Shown in pieces: positions 22,620 through 37,600 of a DNA stretch of 64,000 bases. Source of the DNA: Azolla caroliniana. Lineage: Eukaryota; Plantae; Polypodiophyta. The position numbers were made by a program, and so were the translations under genes. How positions within the stretch are numbered: position 1 is the stretch's first letter; every line of letters starts with the position of its first letter. The notes under the pieces are model-generated. The model searched no databases. It saw only the letters and a program-made list of their open reading frames with translations, and was not told the DNA's origin. The stretch covers positions 115,177 through 179,176 of the forward strand of contig JBHGNT010000050.1 in the NCBI GenBank assembly GCA_043228905.1, written 5' to 3'.

Positions 22620-25600
22620 TTGTTAGCTTCGATTTGCATGTTTGAACACAGAAATCCGATATCACACGAGCCAGGTATGACCATTTTAATTCACTCACTG
22701 GCTCTTCTCAACTCCCTCCTCAAATATGCTAATTTCCTCATGTCTCTCGACCTGAGTTTCAAAATCTCAATTTTTTAATTCTATATCATAGCTAGCGTTG
22801 TTAGCTTCGATTCGCATGTTTGAACACAAAAATCCGATATCACACGAGCCAGGTATGAACATTTTAATTTACTCACTAGCTCTTCTCAACTCCCTCCTCA
22901 AATATTGTAATTTCTTCATGTCTCTCGACCTGAGTTTCAAAATCTCGATTATTTAATTCTATATCATAGCTAGCGTTGTTATCTTCGATTCGCATGTTTG
23001 AACACAAAAATCCGATATCACACGTGCCAGGTCTGAACATTTTAATTTACTGACTGGCTCTTCTCAACTCCTTCTTGAAATATGCTAATTTCCTCATGTC
23101 TCTCGACCTGAGTTTCAAAATCTCGATTTTTTAATTCTATATGATAGCTAGCGTTGTTAGCTTCGATTCGCATGTTTGAACACAAAAATCCGATATCACA
23201 CGAGCCAGATATGAACATTTTAATTTACTCACTAGCTCTTCTCAACTCCCTCCTCAAATATTCTAATTTCTTCATGTCTTTCGACCTGAGTTTCAAAATC
23301 TCGATTATTTAATTCTATATCATAGCTAGCGTTCTTATCTTCGATTCGCATGTTTGAACATAAAAATCCGATATCAGACGTGCCAGGTATGAACATTTTA
23401 ATTTACTCACTGGCTCTTCTCAACTCCTTCTTCAAATATGCTAATTTCCTCATGTCTCTCGACCTGAGTTTCAAAATCACGATTTTTTAATTCTATATCA
23501 TAGCTAGCCTTGTTAGTTTCGATTCGCATGTTTGAACACAGAAATCCGATATCACACGAGCCAGGTATGACCATTTTAATTTACTCACTCGCTCTTCTCA
23601 ACTCCCTCCTCAAATATGCTAATTTCCTCATGTCTCTCGACCTGAGTTTCAAAATCACGAATTTTTAATTCTATATCATAGCTAGGCTTGTTAGTTTCGA
23701 TTCGCATTTTTGAACACAGAAATCCGATATCACACGAGCCAGGTATGACCATTTTAATTTACTCACTCGCTCTTCTCAACTCCCTCCTCCAACATGCTAA
23801 TTTCCTCATGTCTTTAGACGTCAGTTTCAAAATCTTGATTTTTTAATTCTATATCATAGCTAGCCTTGTTAGCTTCGATTTGCATGTTTGAACACAGAAA
23901 TCCGATATCACACGAGCCAGGTATGACCATTTTAATTTACTCACACGCTCTTCTCAACTCCCTCCTCAAATATGCTAATTTCGGCATGTCTCTCGACCTG
24001 AGTTTCAAAATCTTGATTTTTTAATTCTATATCATAGCTAGCCTTGTTAGTTTCGATTCGCATGTTTGAACACAGAAATCCGATATCACACGAGCCAGGT
24101 ATGACCATTTTAATTTACTCACTCGCTCTTCTCAACTCCCTCCTCCAACATGCTAATTTCCTCATGTCTTTCGACGTCAGTTTCAAAATCTTGATTTTTT
24201 AATTCTATATCATAGCTAGCGTTGTTAGCTTCGATTCGCATGTTTGAACACAGAAATCCGATATCACACGAGCCAGATATGAACATTTTAATTTACTCAC
24301 TAGCTCTTCTCAACTCCCTCCTCAAATATTGTAATTTCTTCATGTCTCTCGACCTGAGTTTCAAAATCGCGATTATTTAATTCTATATCATAGCTAGCGT
24401 TGTTATCTTCGATTCGCATGTTTGAACACAAAAATCCGATATCACACGTGCCAGGTCTGAACATTTTAATTTACTGACTGGCTCTTCTCAACTCCTTCTT
24501 GAAATATGCTAATTTCCTCATGTCTCTCGACCTGAGTTTCAAAATCTCAATTTTTTAATTCTATATCATAGCTAGCGTTGTTAGCTTCGATTCGCATGTT
24601 TGAACACAAAAATCCGATATCACACGAGCCAGATATGAACATTTTAATTTACTCACTAGCTCTTCTCAACTCCCTCCTCAAATATTGTAATTTCTTCATG
24701 TCTCTCGACCTGAGTTTCAAAATCTCGATTATTTAATTCTATATCATAGCTAGCGTTCTTATCTTCGATTCGCATGTTTGAACACAAAAATCCGATATCA
24801 GACGTGCCAGGTATGAACATTTTAATTTACTCACTGGCTCTTCTCCACTCCTTCTTCAAATATGCTAATTTCCTCATGTCTCTCGACCTGAGTTTCAAAA
24901 TCACGATTTTTTAATTCTATATCATAGCTAGCCTTGTTAGTTTCGATTTGCATGTTTGAACACAGAAATCCGATATCACACGAGCCAGGTATGACCATTT
25001 TAATTTACTCACTGGCTCTTCTCAACTCCCTCCTCAAATATGCTAATTTCCTCATGTCTCTCGACCTGAGTTTCAAAATCTCAATTTTTTAATTCTATAT
25101 CATAGCTAGCGTTGTTAGCTTCGATTCGCATGTTTGAACACAAAAATCCGATATCACACGAGCCAGGTATGAACATTTTAATTTACTCACTAGCTCTTCT
25201 CAACTCCCTCCTCAAATATTGTAATTTCTTCATGTCTCTCGACCTGAGTTTCAAAATCTCGATTATTTAATTCTATATCATAGCTAGCGTTGTTATCTTC
25301 GATTCGCATGTTTGAACACAAAAATCCGATATCACACGTGCCAGGTCTGAACATTTTAATTTACTGACTGGCTCTTCTCAACTCCTTCTTGAAATATGCT
25401 AATTTCCTCATGTCTCTCGACCTGAGTTTCAAAATCTCGATTTTTTAATTCTATATGATAGCTAGCGTTGTTAGCTTCGATTCGCATGTTTGAACACAAA
25501 AATCCGATATCACACGAGCCAGATATGAACATTTTAATTTACTCACTAGCTCTTCTCAACTCCCTCCTCAAATATTCTAATTTCTTCATGTCTTTCGACC

Positions 25601-27260
25601 TGAGTTTCAAAATCTCGATTATTTAATTCTATATCATAGCTAGCGTTCTTATCTTCGATTCGCATGTTTGAACATAAAAATCCGATATCAGACGTGCCAG
25701 GTATGAACATTTTAATTTACTCACTGGCTCTTCTCAACTCCTTCTTCAAATATGCTAATTTCCTCATGTCTCTCGACCTGAGTTTCAAAATCACGATTTT
25801 TTAATTCTATATCATAGCTAGCCTTGTTAGTTTCGATTCGCATGTTTGAACACAGAAATCCGATATCACACGAGCCAGGTATGACCATTTTAATTTACTC
25901 ACTCGCTCTTCTCAACTCCCTCCTCAAATATGCTAATTTCCTCATGTCTCTCGACCTGAGTTTCAAAATCACGAATTTTTAATTCTATATCATAGCTAGG
26001 CTTGTTAGTTTCGATTCGCATTTTTGAACACAGAAATCCGATATCACACGAGCCAGGTATGACCATTTTAATTTACTCACTCGCTCTTCTCAACTCCCTC
26101 CTCCAACATGCTAATTTCCTCATGTCTTTAGACGTCAGTTTCAAAATCTTGATTTTTTAATTCTATATCATAGCTAGCCTTGTTAGCTTCGATTTGCATG
26201 TTTGAACACAGAAATCCGATATCACACGAGCCAGGTATGACCATTTTAATTTACTCACACGCTCTTCTCAACTCCCTCCTCAAATATGCTAATTTCGGCA
26301 TGTCTCTCGACCTGAGTTTCAAAATCTTGATTTTTTAATTCTATATCATAGCTAGCCTTGTTAGTTTCGATTCGCATGTTTGAACACAGAAATCCGATAT
26401 CACACGAGCCAGGTATGACCATTTTAATTTACTCACTCGCTCTTCTCAACTCCCTCCTCCAACATGCTAATTTCCTCATGTCTTTCGACGTCAGTTTCAA
26501 AATCTTGATTTTTTAATTCTATATCATAGCTAGCGTTGTTAGCTTCGATTCGCATGTTTGAACACAGAAATCCGATATCACACGAGCCAGATATGAACAT
26601 TTTAATTTACTCACTAGCTCTTCTCAACTCCCTCCTCAAATATTGTAATTTCTTCATGTCTCTCGACCTGAGTTTCAAAATCGCGATTATTTAATTCTAT
26701 ATCATAGCTAGCGTTGTTATCTTCGATTCGCATGTTTGAACACAAAAATCCGATATCACACGTGCCAGGTCTGAACATTTTAATTTACTGACTGGCTCTT
26801 CTCAACTCCTTCTTGAAATATGCTAATTTCCTCATGTCTCTCGACCTGAGTTTCAAAATCTCAATTTTTTAATTCTATATCATAGCTAGCGTTGTTAGCT
26901 TCGATTCGCATGTTTGAACACAAAAATCCGATATCACACGAGCCAGATATGAACATTTTAATTTACTCACTAGCTCTTCTCAACTCCCTCCTCAAATATT
27001 GTAATTTCTTCATGTCTCTCGACCTGAGTTTCAAAATCTCGATTATTTAATTCTATATCATAGCTAGCGTTCTTATCTTCGATTCGCATGTTTGAACACA
27101 AAAATCCGATATCAGACGTGCCAGGTATGAACATTTTAATTTACTCACTGGCTCTTCTCCACTCCTTCTTCAAATATGCTAATTTCCTCATGTCTCTCGA
27201 CCTGAGTTTCAAAATCACGATTTTTTAATTCTATATCATAGCTAGCCTTGTTAGTTTCGA
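22620..27260 (+). repeat. 13-monomer tandem duplication (2314 bp)
   Basis: GAACATAAAAA marker (T at 23361/25675), TCGCGATT at 24367/26681, TTCTCCACTC at 24841/27155. Ends approximate. Confidence 0.88.
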
Positions 27261-30200
27261 TTCGCATGTTTGAACACAGAAATCCGATATCACACGAGCC
27301 AGGTATGACCATTTTAATTTACTCACTCGCTCTTCTCAACTCCCTCCTCAAATATGCTAATTTCCTCATGTCTCTCGACCTGAGTTTCAAAATCACGAAT
27401 TTTTAATTCTATATCATAGCTAGGCTTGTTAGTTTCGATTCGCATTTTTGAACACAGAAATCCGATATCACACGAGCCAGGTATGACCATTTTAATTTAC
27501 TCACTCGCTCTTCTCAACTCCCTCCTCCAACATGCTAATTTCCTCATGTCTTTAGACGTCAGTTTCAAAATCTTGATTATTTAATTCTATATCATAGCTA
27601 GCCTTGTTAGCTTCGATTTGCATGTTTGAACACAGAAATCCGATATCACACGAGCCAGGTATGACCATTTTAATTTACTCACACGCTCTTCTCAACTCCC
27701 TCCTCAAATATGCTAATTTCGGCATGTCTCTCGACCTGAGTTTCAAAATCTTGATTTTTTAATTCTATATCATAGCTAGCCTTGTTAGTTTCGATTCGCA
27801 TGTTTGAACACAGAAATCCGATATCACACGAGCCAGGTATGACCATTTTAATTTACTCACTCGCTCTTCTCAACTCCCTCCTCCAACATGCTAATTTCCT
27901 CATGTCTTTAGACGTCAGTTTCAAAATCTTGATTTTTTAATTCTATATCATAGCTAGCCTTGTTAGCTTCGATTTGCATGTTTGAACACAGAAATCCGAT
28001 ATCACACGAGCCAGGTATGACCATTTTAATTTACTCACACGCTCTTCTCAACTCCCTCCTCAAATATGCTAATTTCGGCATGTCTCTCGACCTGAGTTTC
28101 AAAATCTTGATTTTTTAATTCTATATCATAGCTAGACTTGTTAGTTTCGATTCGCATGTTTGAACACAGAAATCCGATATCACACGAGCCAGGTATGACC
28201 ATTTTAATTTACTCACTCGCTCTTCTCAACTCCCTCCTCAAATATTCTAATTTCCTCATGTCTCTCGACCTGAGTTTCAAAATCTCGATTTTTTAATTCT
28301 ATGTCATAGCTAGCCTTGTTAGCTTCGATTCACATGTTTGAACACAGAAATCCGATATCACACGAGCCAGGTATGACCATTTTAATTTACTCACTCGCTC
28401 TTCTCAACTCCCTCCTCCAACATGCTAATTTCCTCATGTCTTTTGACGTCAGTTTCAAAATCTCGATTTTTTAATTCTATATCATAGCTAGCCTTGTTAG
28501 CTTCGATTTGCATGTTTGAACACAGAAATCCGATATCACACGAGCCAGGTATGACCATTTTAATTTACTCACACGCTCTTCTCAACTCCCTCCTCAAATA
28601 TGCTAATTTCGGCATGTCTCTCGACCTGAGTTTCAAAATCTTGATTTTTTAATTCTATATCATAGCTAGCCTTGTTAGTTTCGATTCGCATGTTTGAACA
28701 CAGAAATCCGATATCACACGAGCCAGGTATGACCATTTTAATTTACTCACTCGCTCTTCTCAACTCCCTCCTCCAACATGCTAATTTCCTCATGTCTTTA
28801 GACGTCAGTTTCAAAATCTTGATTTTTTAATTCTATATCATAGCTAGCCTTGTTAGCTTCGATTTGCATGTTTGAACACAGAAATCCGATATCACACGAG
28901 CCAGGTATGACCATTTTAATTTACTCACACGCTCTTCTCAACTCCCTCCTCAAATATGCTAATTTCGGCATGTCTCTCGACCTGAGTTTCAAAATCTTGA
29001 TTTTTTAATTCTATATCATAGCTAGCCTTGTTAGTTTCGATTCGCATGTTTGAACACAGAAATCCGATATCACACGAGCCAGGTATGACCATTTTAATTT
29101 ACTCACTCGCTCTTCTCAACTCCCTCCTCAAATATTCTAATTTCCTCATGTCTCTCGACCTGAGTTTCAAAATCTCGATTTTTTAATTCTATGTCATAGC
29201 TAGCCTTGTTAGCTTCGATTCACATGTTTGAACACAGAAATCCGATATCACACGAGCCAGGTATGACCATTTTAATTTACTCACTCGCTCTTCTCAACTC
29301 CCTCCTCCAACATGCTAATTTCCTCATGTCTTTTGACGTCAGTTTCAAAATCTCGATTTTTTAATTCTATATCATAGCTAGCCTTGTTAGCTTCGATTCG
29401 CATGTTTGAACACAGAAATCCGATATCACACGAGCCAGGTATGACCATTTTAATTTACTCACTCGCTCTTCTCAACTCCCTCCTCCAACATGCTAATTTC
29501 CTCATGTCTTTCGACGTCAGTTTCAAAATCTCGATTTTTTAATTCTATATCATAGCTAGCCTTGTTAGCTTCGATTTGCATGTTTGAACGCAGAAATCCG
29601 ATATCACACGAGCCAGGTATGACCATTTTAATTTACTCACTGGCTCTTCTCAACTCCCTCCTCAAATATGCTAATTTCCTCATGTCTCTCGACCTGAGTT
29701 TCAAAATCTCGATTTTTTAATTCTATATCATAGCTAGCCTTGTTAGCTTCGATTTGCATGTTTGAACACAGAAATCCGATATCACACGAGCCAGGTATGA
29801 ACATTTTAATTTACTCACTCGCTCTTCTCAACTCCCTCCTCCAACATGCTAATTTCCTCATGTCTTTCGACGTCAGTTTCAAAATCTCGATTTTTTAATT
29901 CTATATCATAGGTAGCCTTGTTAGCTTCGATTTGCATGTTTGAACACAGAAATCCGATATCACACGAGCCAGGTATGACCATTTTAATTTACTCACTGGC
30001 TCTTCTCAACTCCCTCCTCAAATATGCTAATTTCCTCATGTCTCTCGACCTGAGTTTCAAAATCTCAATTTTTTAATTCTATATCATAGCTAGCGTTGTT
30101 AGCTTCGATTCGCATGTTTGAACACAAAAATCCGATATCACACGAGCCAGGTATGAACATTTTAATTTACTCACTAGCTCTTCTCAACTCCCTCCTCAAA

Positions 30201-33200
30201 TATTGTAATTTCTTCATGTCTCTCGACCTGAGTTTCAAAATCTCGATTATTTAATTCTATATCATAGCTAGCGTTGTTATCTTCGATTCGCATGTTTGAA
30301 CACAAAAATCCGATATCACACGTGCCAGGTCTGAACATTTTAATTTACTGACTGGCTCTTCTCAACTCCTTCTTGAAATATGCTAATTTCCTCATGTCTC
30401 TCGACCTGAGTTTCAAAATCTCGATTTTTTAATTCTATATGATAGCTAGCGTTGTTAGCTTCGATTCGCATGTTTGAACACAAAAATCCGATATCACACG
30501 AGCCAGGTATGAACATTTTAATTTACTCACTACCTCTTCTCAACTCCCTCCTCAAATATTCTAATTTCCTCATGTCTTTCGACGTGAGTTTCAAAATCTT
30601 GATTTTTAAATTCTATATCAAAGCTAGCGTTGTTAGCTTCGATTCGCATGTTTGAACAGAGAAATCGGATATCACACGTGCCAGGTTTGACCAGTTTAAT
30701 TTACTCACTGGCTCTTCTCAACTCCCTCCTCAAATATGCTAATTTCCTCATGTCTCTCGACCTGAGTTTCAAAATCTCGATTTTTTAATTCTATGTCATA
30801 GCTAGCGTTGTTAGCTTCGATTCGCATGTTTGAACACAGAAATCCGATATCACACGAGCCAGGTATGACCATTTTAATTTACTCACTCGCTCTTCTCAAC
30901 TCCCTCCTCAAATATGCTAATTTCCTCATGTCTCTCGACCTGAGTTTCAAAATCACGAATTTTTAATTCTATATCATAGCTAGGCTTGTTAGTTTCGATT
31001 CGCATTTTTGAACACAGAAATCCGATATCACACGAGCCAGGTATGACCATTTTAATTTACTCACTCGCTCTTCTCAACTCCCTCCTCCAACATGCTAATT
31101 TCCTCATGTCTTTAGACGTCAGTTTCAAAATCTTGATTATTTAATTCTATATCATAGCTAGCCTTGTTAGCTTCGATTTGCATGTTTGAACACAGAAATC
31201 CGATATCACACGAGCCAGGTATGACCATTTTAATTTACTCACACGCTCTTCTCAACTCCCTCCTCAAATATGCTAATTTCGGCATGTCTCTCGACCTGAG
31301 TTTCAAAATCTTGATTTTTTAATTCTATATCATAGCTAGCCTTGTTAGTTTCGATTCGCATGTTTGAACACAGAAATCCGATATCACACGAGCCAGGTAT
31401 GACCATTTTAATTTACTCACTCGCTCTTCTCAACTCCCTCCTCCAACATGCTAATTTCCTCATGTCTTTAGACGTCAGTTTCAAAATCTTGATTTTTTAA
31501 TTCTATATCATAGCTAGCCTTGTTAGCTTCGATTTGCATGTTTGAACACAGAAATCCGATATCACACGAGCCAGGTATGACCATTTTAATTTACTCACAC
31601 GCTCTTCTCAACTCCCTCCTCAAATATGCTAATTTCGGCATGTCTCTCGACCTGAGTTTCAAAATCTTGATTTTTTAATTCTATATCATAGCTAGACTTG
31701 TTAGTTTCGATTCGCATGTTTGAACACAGAAATCCGATATCACACGAGCCAGGTATGACCATTTTAATTTACTCACTCGCTCTTCTCAACTCCCTCCTCA
31801 AATATTCTAATTTCCTCATGTCTCTCGACCTGAGTTTCAAAATCTCGATTTTTTAATTCTATGTCATAGCTAGCCTTGTTAGCTTCGATTCACATGTTTG
31901 AACACAGAAATCCGATATCACACGAGCCAGGTATGACCATTTTAATTTACTCACTCGCTCTTCTCAACTCCCTCCTCCAACATGCTAATTTCCTCATGTC
32001 TTTTGACGTCAGTTTCAAAATCTCGATTTTTTAATTCTATATCATAGCTAGCCTTGTTAGCTTCGATTTGCATGTTTGAACACAGAAATCCGATATCACA
32101 CGAGCCAGGTATGACCATTTTAATTTACTCACACGCTCTTCTCAACTCCCTCCTCAAATATGCTAATTTCGGCATGTCTCTCGACCTGAGTTTCAAAATC
32201 TTGATTTTTTAATTCTATATCATAGCTAGCCTTGTTAGTTTCGATTCGCATGTTTGAACACAGAAATCCGATATCACACGAGCCAGGTATGACCATTTTA
32301 ATTTACTCACTCGCTCTTCTCAACTCCCTCCTCCAACATGCTAATTTCCTCATGTCTTTAGACGTCAGTTTCAAAATCTTGATTTTTTAATTCTATATCA
32401 TAGCTAGCCTTGTTAGCTTCGATTTGCATGTTTGAACACAGAAATCCGATATCACACGAGCCAGGTATGACCATTTTAATTTACTCACACGCTCTTCTCA
32501 ACTCCCTCCTCAAATATGCTAATTTCGGCATGTCTCTCGACCTGAGTTTCAAAATCTTGATTTTTTAATTCTATATCATAGCTAGCCTTGTTAGTTTCGA
32601 TTCGCATGTTTGAACACAGAAATCCGATATCACACGAGCCAGGTATGACCATTTTAATTTACTCACTCGCTCTTCTCAACTCCCTCCTCAAATATTCTAA
32701 TTTCCTCATGTCTCTCGACCTGAGTTTCAAAATCTCGATTTTTTAATTCTATGTCATAGCTAGCCTTGTTAGCTTCGATTCACATGTTTGAACACAGAAA
32801 TCCGATATCACACGAGCCAGGTATGACCATTTTAATTTACTCACTCGCTCTTCTCAACTCCCTCCTCCAACATGCTAATTTCCTCATGTCTTTTGACGTC
32901 AGTTTCAAAATCTCGATTTTTTAATTCTATATCATAGCTAGCCTTGTTAGCTTCGATTCGCATGTTTGAACACAGAAATCCGATATCACACGAGCCAGGT
33001 ATGACCATTTTAATTTACTCACTCGCTCTTCTCAACTCCCTCCTCCAACATGCTAATTTCCTCATGTCTTTCGACGTCAGTTTCAAAATCTCGATTTTTT
33101 AATTCTATATCATAGCTAGCCTTGTTAGCTTCGATTTGCATGTTTGAACACAGAAATCCGATATCACACGAGCCAGGTATGACCATTTTAATTTACTCAC

Positions 33201-34600
33201 TGGCTCTTCTCAACTCCCTCCTCAAATATGCTAATTTCCTCATGTCTCTCGACCTGAGTTTCAAAATCTCGATTTTTTAATTCTATATCATAGCTAGCCT
33301 TGTTAGCTTCGATTTGCATGTTTGAACACAGAAATCCGATATCACACGAGCCAGGTATGAACATTTTAATTTACTCACTCGCTCTTCTCAACTCCCTCCT
33401 CCAACATGCTAATTTCCTCATGTCTTTCGACGTCAGTTTCAAAATCTCGATTTTTTAATTCTATATCATAGGTAGCCTTGTTAGCTTCGATTTGCATGTT
33501 TGAACACAGAAATCCGATATCACACGAGCCAGGTATGACCATTTTAATTTACTCACTGGCTCTTCTCAACTCCCTCCTCAAATATGCTAATTTCCTCATG
33601 TCTCTCGACCTGAGTTTCAAAATCTCAATTTTTTAATTCTATATCATAGCTAGCGTTGTTAGCTTCGATTCGCATGTTTGAACACAAAAATCCGATATCA
33701 CACGAGCCAGGTATGAACATTTTAATTTACTCACTAGCTCTTCTCAACTCCCTCCTCAAATATTGTAATTTCTTCATGTCTCTCGACCTGAGTTTCAAAA
33801 TCTCGATTATTTAATTCTATATCATAGCTAGCGTTGTTATCTTCGATTCGCATGTTTGAACACAAAAATCCGATATCACACGTGCCAGGTCTGAACATTT
33901 TAATTTACTGACTGGCTCTTCTCAACTCCTTCTTGAAATATGCTAATTTCCTCATGTCTCTCGACCTGAGTTTCAAAATCTCGATTTTTTAATTCTATAT
34001 GATAGCTAGCGTTGTTAGCTTCGATTCGCATGTTTGAACACAAAAATCCGATATCACACGAGCCAGGTATGAACATTTTAATTTACTCACTAGCTCTTCT
34101 CAACTCCCTCCTCAAATATTCTAATTTCCTCATGTCTTTCGACGTGAGTTTCAAAATCTTGATTTTTAAATTCTATATCAAAGCTAGCGTTGTTAGCTTC
34201 GATTCGCATGTTTGAACAGAGAAATCGGATATCACACGTGCCAGGTTTGACCAGTTTAATTTACTCACTCGCTCTTCTCAACTCCCTCCTCAAATATGCT
34301 AATTTCCTCATGTCTCTCGACCTGAGTTTCAAAATCTCGATTTTTTAATTCTATGTCATAGCTAGCGTTGTTAGCTTCGATTCGCATGTTTGAACACAGA
34401 AATCCGATATCACACGAGCCAGGTATGACCATTTTAATTTACTCACTCGCTCTTCTCAACTCCCTCCTCAAATATGCTAATTTCCTCATGTCTCTCGACC
34501 TGAGTTTCAAAATCACGAATTTTTAATTCTATATCATAGCTAGGCTTGTTAGTTTCGATTCGCATTTTTGAACACAGAAATCCGATATCACACGAGCCAG
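27260..34600 (+). repeat. 20-monomer tandem duplication (3560 bp)
   Basis: TCTTGATTAT at 27571/31131, GCTAGACTTG at 28131/31691, GGTAGCCTTG at 29911/33471. Ends approximate. Confidence 0.88.
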
Positions 34601-37600
34601 GTATGACCATTTTAATTTACTCACTCGCTCTTCTCAACTCCCTCCTCCAACATGCTAATTTCCTCATGTCTTTAGACGTCAGTTTCAAAATCTTGATTTT
34701 TTAATTCTATATCATAGCTAGCCTTGTTAGCTTCGATTTGCATGTTTGAACACAGAAATCCGATATCACACGAGCCAGGTATGACCATTTTAATTTACTC
34801 ACACGCTCTTCTCAACTCCCTCCTCAAATATGCTAATTTCGGCATGTCTCTCGACCTGAGTTTCAAAATCTTGATTTTTTAATTCTATATCATAGCTAGC
34901 CTTGTTAGTTTCGATTCGCATGTTTGAACACAGAAATCCGATATCACACGAGCCAGGTATGACCATTTTAATTTACTCACTCGCTCTTCTCAACTCCCTC
35001 CTCCAACATGCTAATTTCCTCATGTCTTTCGACGTCAGTTTCAAAATCTTGATTTTTTAATTCTATATCATAGCTAGCGTTGTTAGCTTCGATTCGCATG
35101 TTTGAACACAGAAATCCGATATCACACGAGCCAGATATGAACATTTTAATTTACTCACTAGCTCTTCTCAACTCCCTCCTCAAATATTGTAATTTCTTCA
35201 TGTCTCTCGACCTGAGTTTCAAAATCGCGATTATTTAATTCTATATCATAGCTAGCGTTGTTATCTTCGATTCGCATGTTTGAACACAAAAATCCGATAT
35301 CACACGTGCCAGGTCTGAACATTTTAATTTACTGACTGGCTCTTCTCAACTCCTTCTTGAAATATGCTAATTTCCTCATGTCTCTCGACCTGAGTTTCAA
35401 AATCTCAATTTTTTAATTCTATATCATAGCTAGCGTTGTTAGCTTCGATTCGCATGTTTGAACACAAAAATCCGATATCACACGAGCCAGATATGAACAT
35501 TTTAATTTACTCACTAGCTCTTCTCAACTCCCTCCTCAAATATTGTAATTTCTTCATGTCTCTCGACCTGAGTTTCAAAATCTCGATTATTTAATTCTAT
35601 ATCATAGCTAGCGTTCTTATCTTCGATTCGCATGTTTGAACACAAAAATCCGATATCAGACGTGCCAGGTATGAACATTTTAATTTACTCACTGGCTCTT
35701 CTCAACTCCTTCTTCAAATATGCTAATTTCCTCATGTCTCTCGACCTGAGTTTCAAAATCACGATTTTTTAATTCTATATCATAGCTAGCCTTGTTAGTT
35801 TCGATTCGCATGTTTGAACACAGAAATCCGATATCACACGAGCCAGGTATGACCATTTTAATTTACTCACTGGCTCTTCTCAACTCCCTCCTCAAATATG
35901 CTAATTTCCTCATGTCTCTCGACCTGAGTTTCAAAATCACGAATTTTTAATTCTATATCATAGCTAGGCTTGTTAGTTTCGATTCGCATTTTTGAACACA
36001 GAAATCCGATATCACACGAGCCAGGTATGACCATTTTAATTTACTCACTCGCTCTTCTCAACTCCCTCCTCCAACATGCTAATTTCCTCATGTCTTTAGA
36101 CGTCAGTTTCAAAATCTTGATTTTTTAATTCTATATCATAGCTAGCCTTGTTAGCTTCGATTTGCATGTTTGAACACAGAAATCCGATATCACACGAGCC
36201 AGGTATGACCATTTTAATTTACTCACACGCTCTTCTCAACTCCCTCCTCAAATATGCTAATTTCGGCATGTCTCTCGACCTGAGTTTCAAAATCTTGATT
36301 TTTTAATTCTATATCATAGCTAGCCTTGTTAGTTTCGATTCGCATGTTTGAACACAGAAATCCGATATCACACGAGCCAGGTATGACCATTTTAATTTAC
36401 TCACTCGCTCTTCTCAACTCCCTCCTCCAACATGCTAATTTCCTCATGTCTTTAGACGTCAGTTTCAAAATCTTGATTTTTTAATTCTATATCATAGCTA
36501 GCCTTGTTAGCTTCGATTTGCATGTTTGAACACAGAAATCCGATATCACACGAGCCAGGTATGACCATTTTAATTTACTCACACGCTCTTCTCAACTCCC
36601 TCCTCAAATATGCTAATTTCGGCATGTCTCTCGACCTGAGTTTCAAAATCTTGATTTTTTAATTCTATATCATAGCTAGCCTTGTTAGTTTCGATTCGCA
36701 TGTTTGAACACAGAAATCCGATATCACACGAGCCAGGTATGACCATTTTAATTTACTCACTCGCTCTTCTCAACTCCCTCCTCAAATATTCTAATTTCCT
36801 CATGTCTCTCGACCTGAGTTTCAAAATCTCGATTTTTTAATTCTATGTCATAGCTAGCCTTGTTAGCTTCGATTCACATGTTTGAACACAGAAATCCGAT
36901 ATCACACGAGCCAGGTATGACCATTTTAATTTACTCACTCGCTCTTCTCAACTCCCTCCTCCAACATGCTAATTTCCTCATGTCTTTTGACGTCAGTTTC
37001 AAAATCTCGATTTTTTAATTCTATATCATAGCTAGCCTTGTTAGCTTCGATTTGCATGTTTGAACACAGAAATCCGATATCACACGAGCCAGGTATGACC
37101 ATTTTAATTTACTCACACGCTCTTCTCAACTCCCTCCTCAAATATGCTAATTTCGGCATGTCTCTCGACCTGAGTTTCAAAATCTTGATTTTTTAATTCT
37201 ATATCATAGCTAGCCTTGTTAGTTTCGATTCGCATGTTTGAACACAGAAATCCGATATCACACGAGCCAGGTATGACCATTTTAATTTACTCACTCGCTC
37301 TTCTCAACTCCCTCCTCCAACATGCTAATTTCCTCATGTCTTTAGACGTCAGTTTCAAAATCTTGATTTTTTAATTCTATATCATAGCTAGCCTTGTTAG
37401 CTTCGATTTGCATGTTTGAACACAGAAATCCGATATCACACGAGCCAGGTATGACCATTTTAATTTACTCACACGCTCTTCTCAACTCCCTCCTCAAATA
37501 TGCTAATTTCGGCATGTCTCTCGACCTGAGTTTCAAAATCTTGATTTTTTAATTCTATATCATAGCTAGCCTTGTTAGTTTCGATTCGCATGTTTGAACA

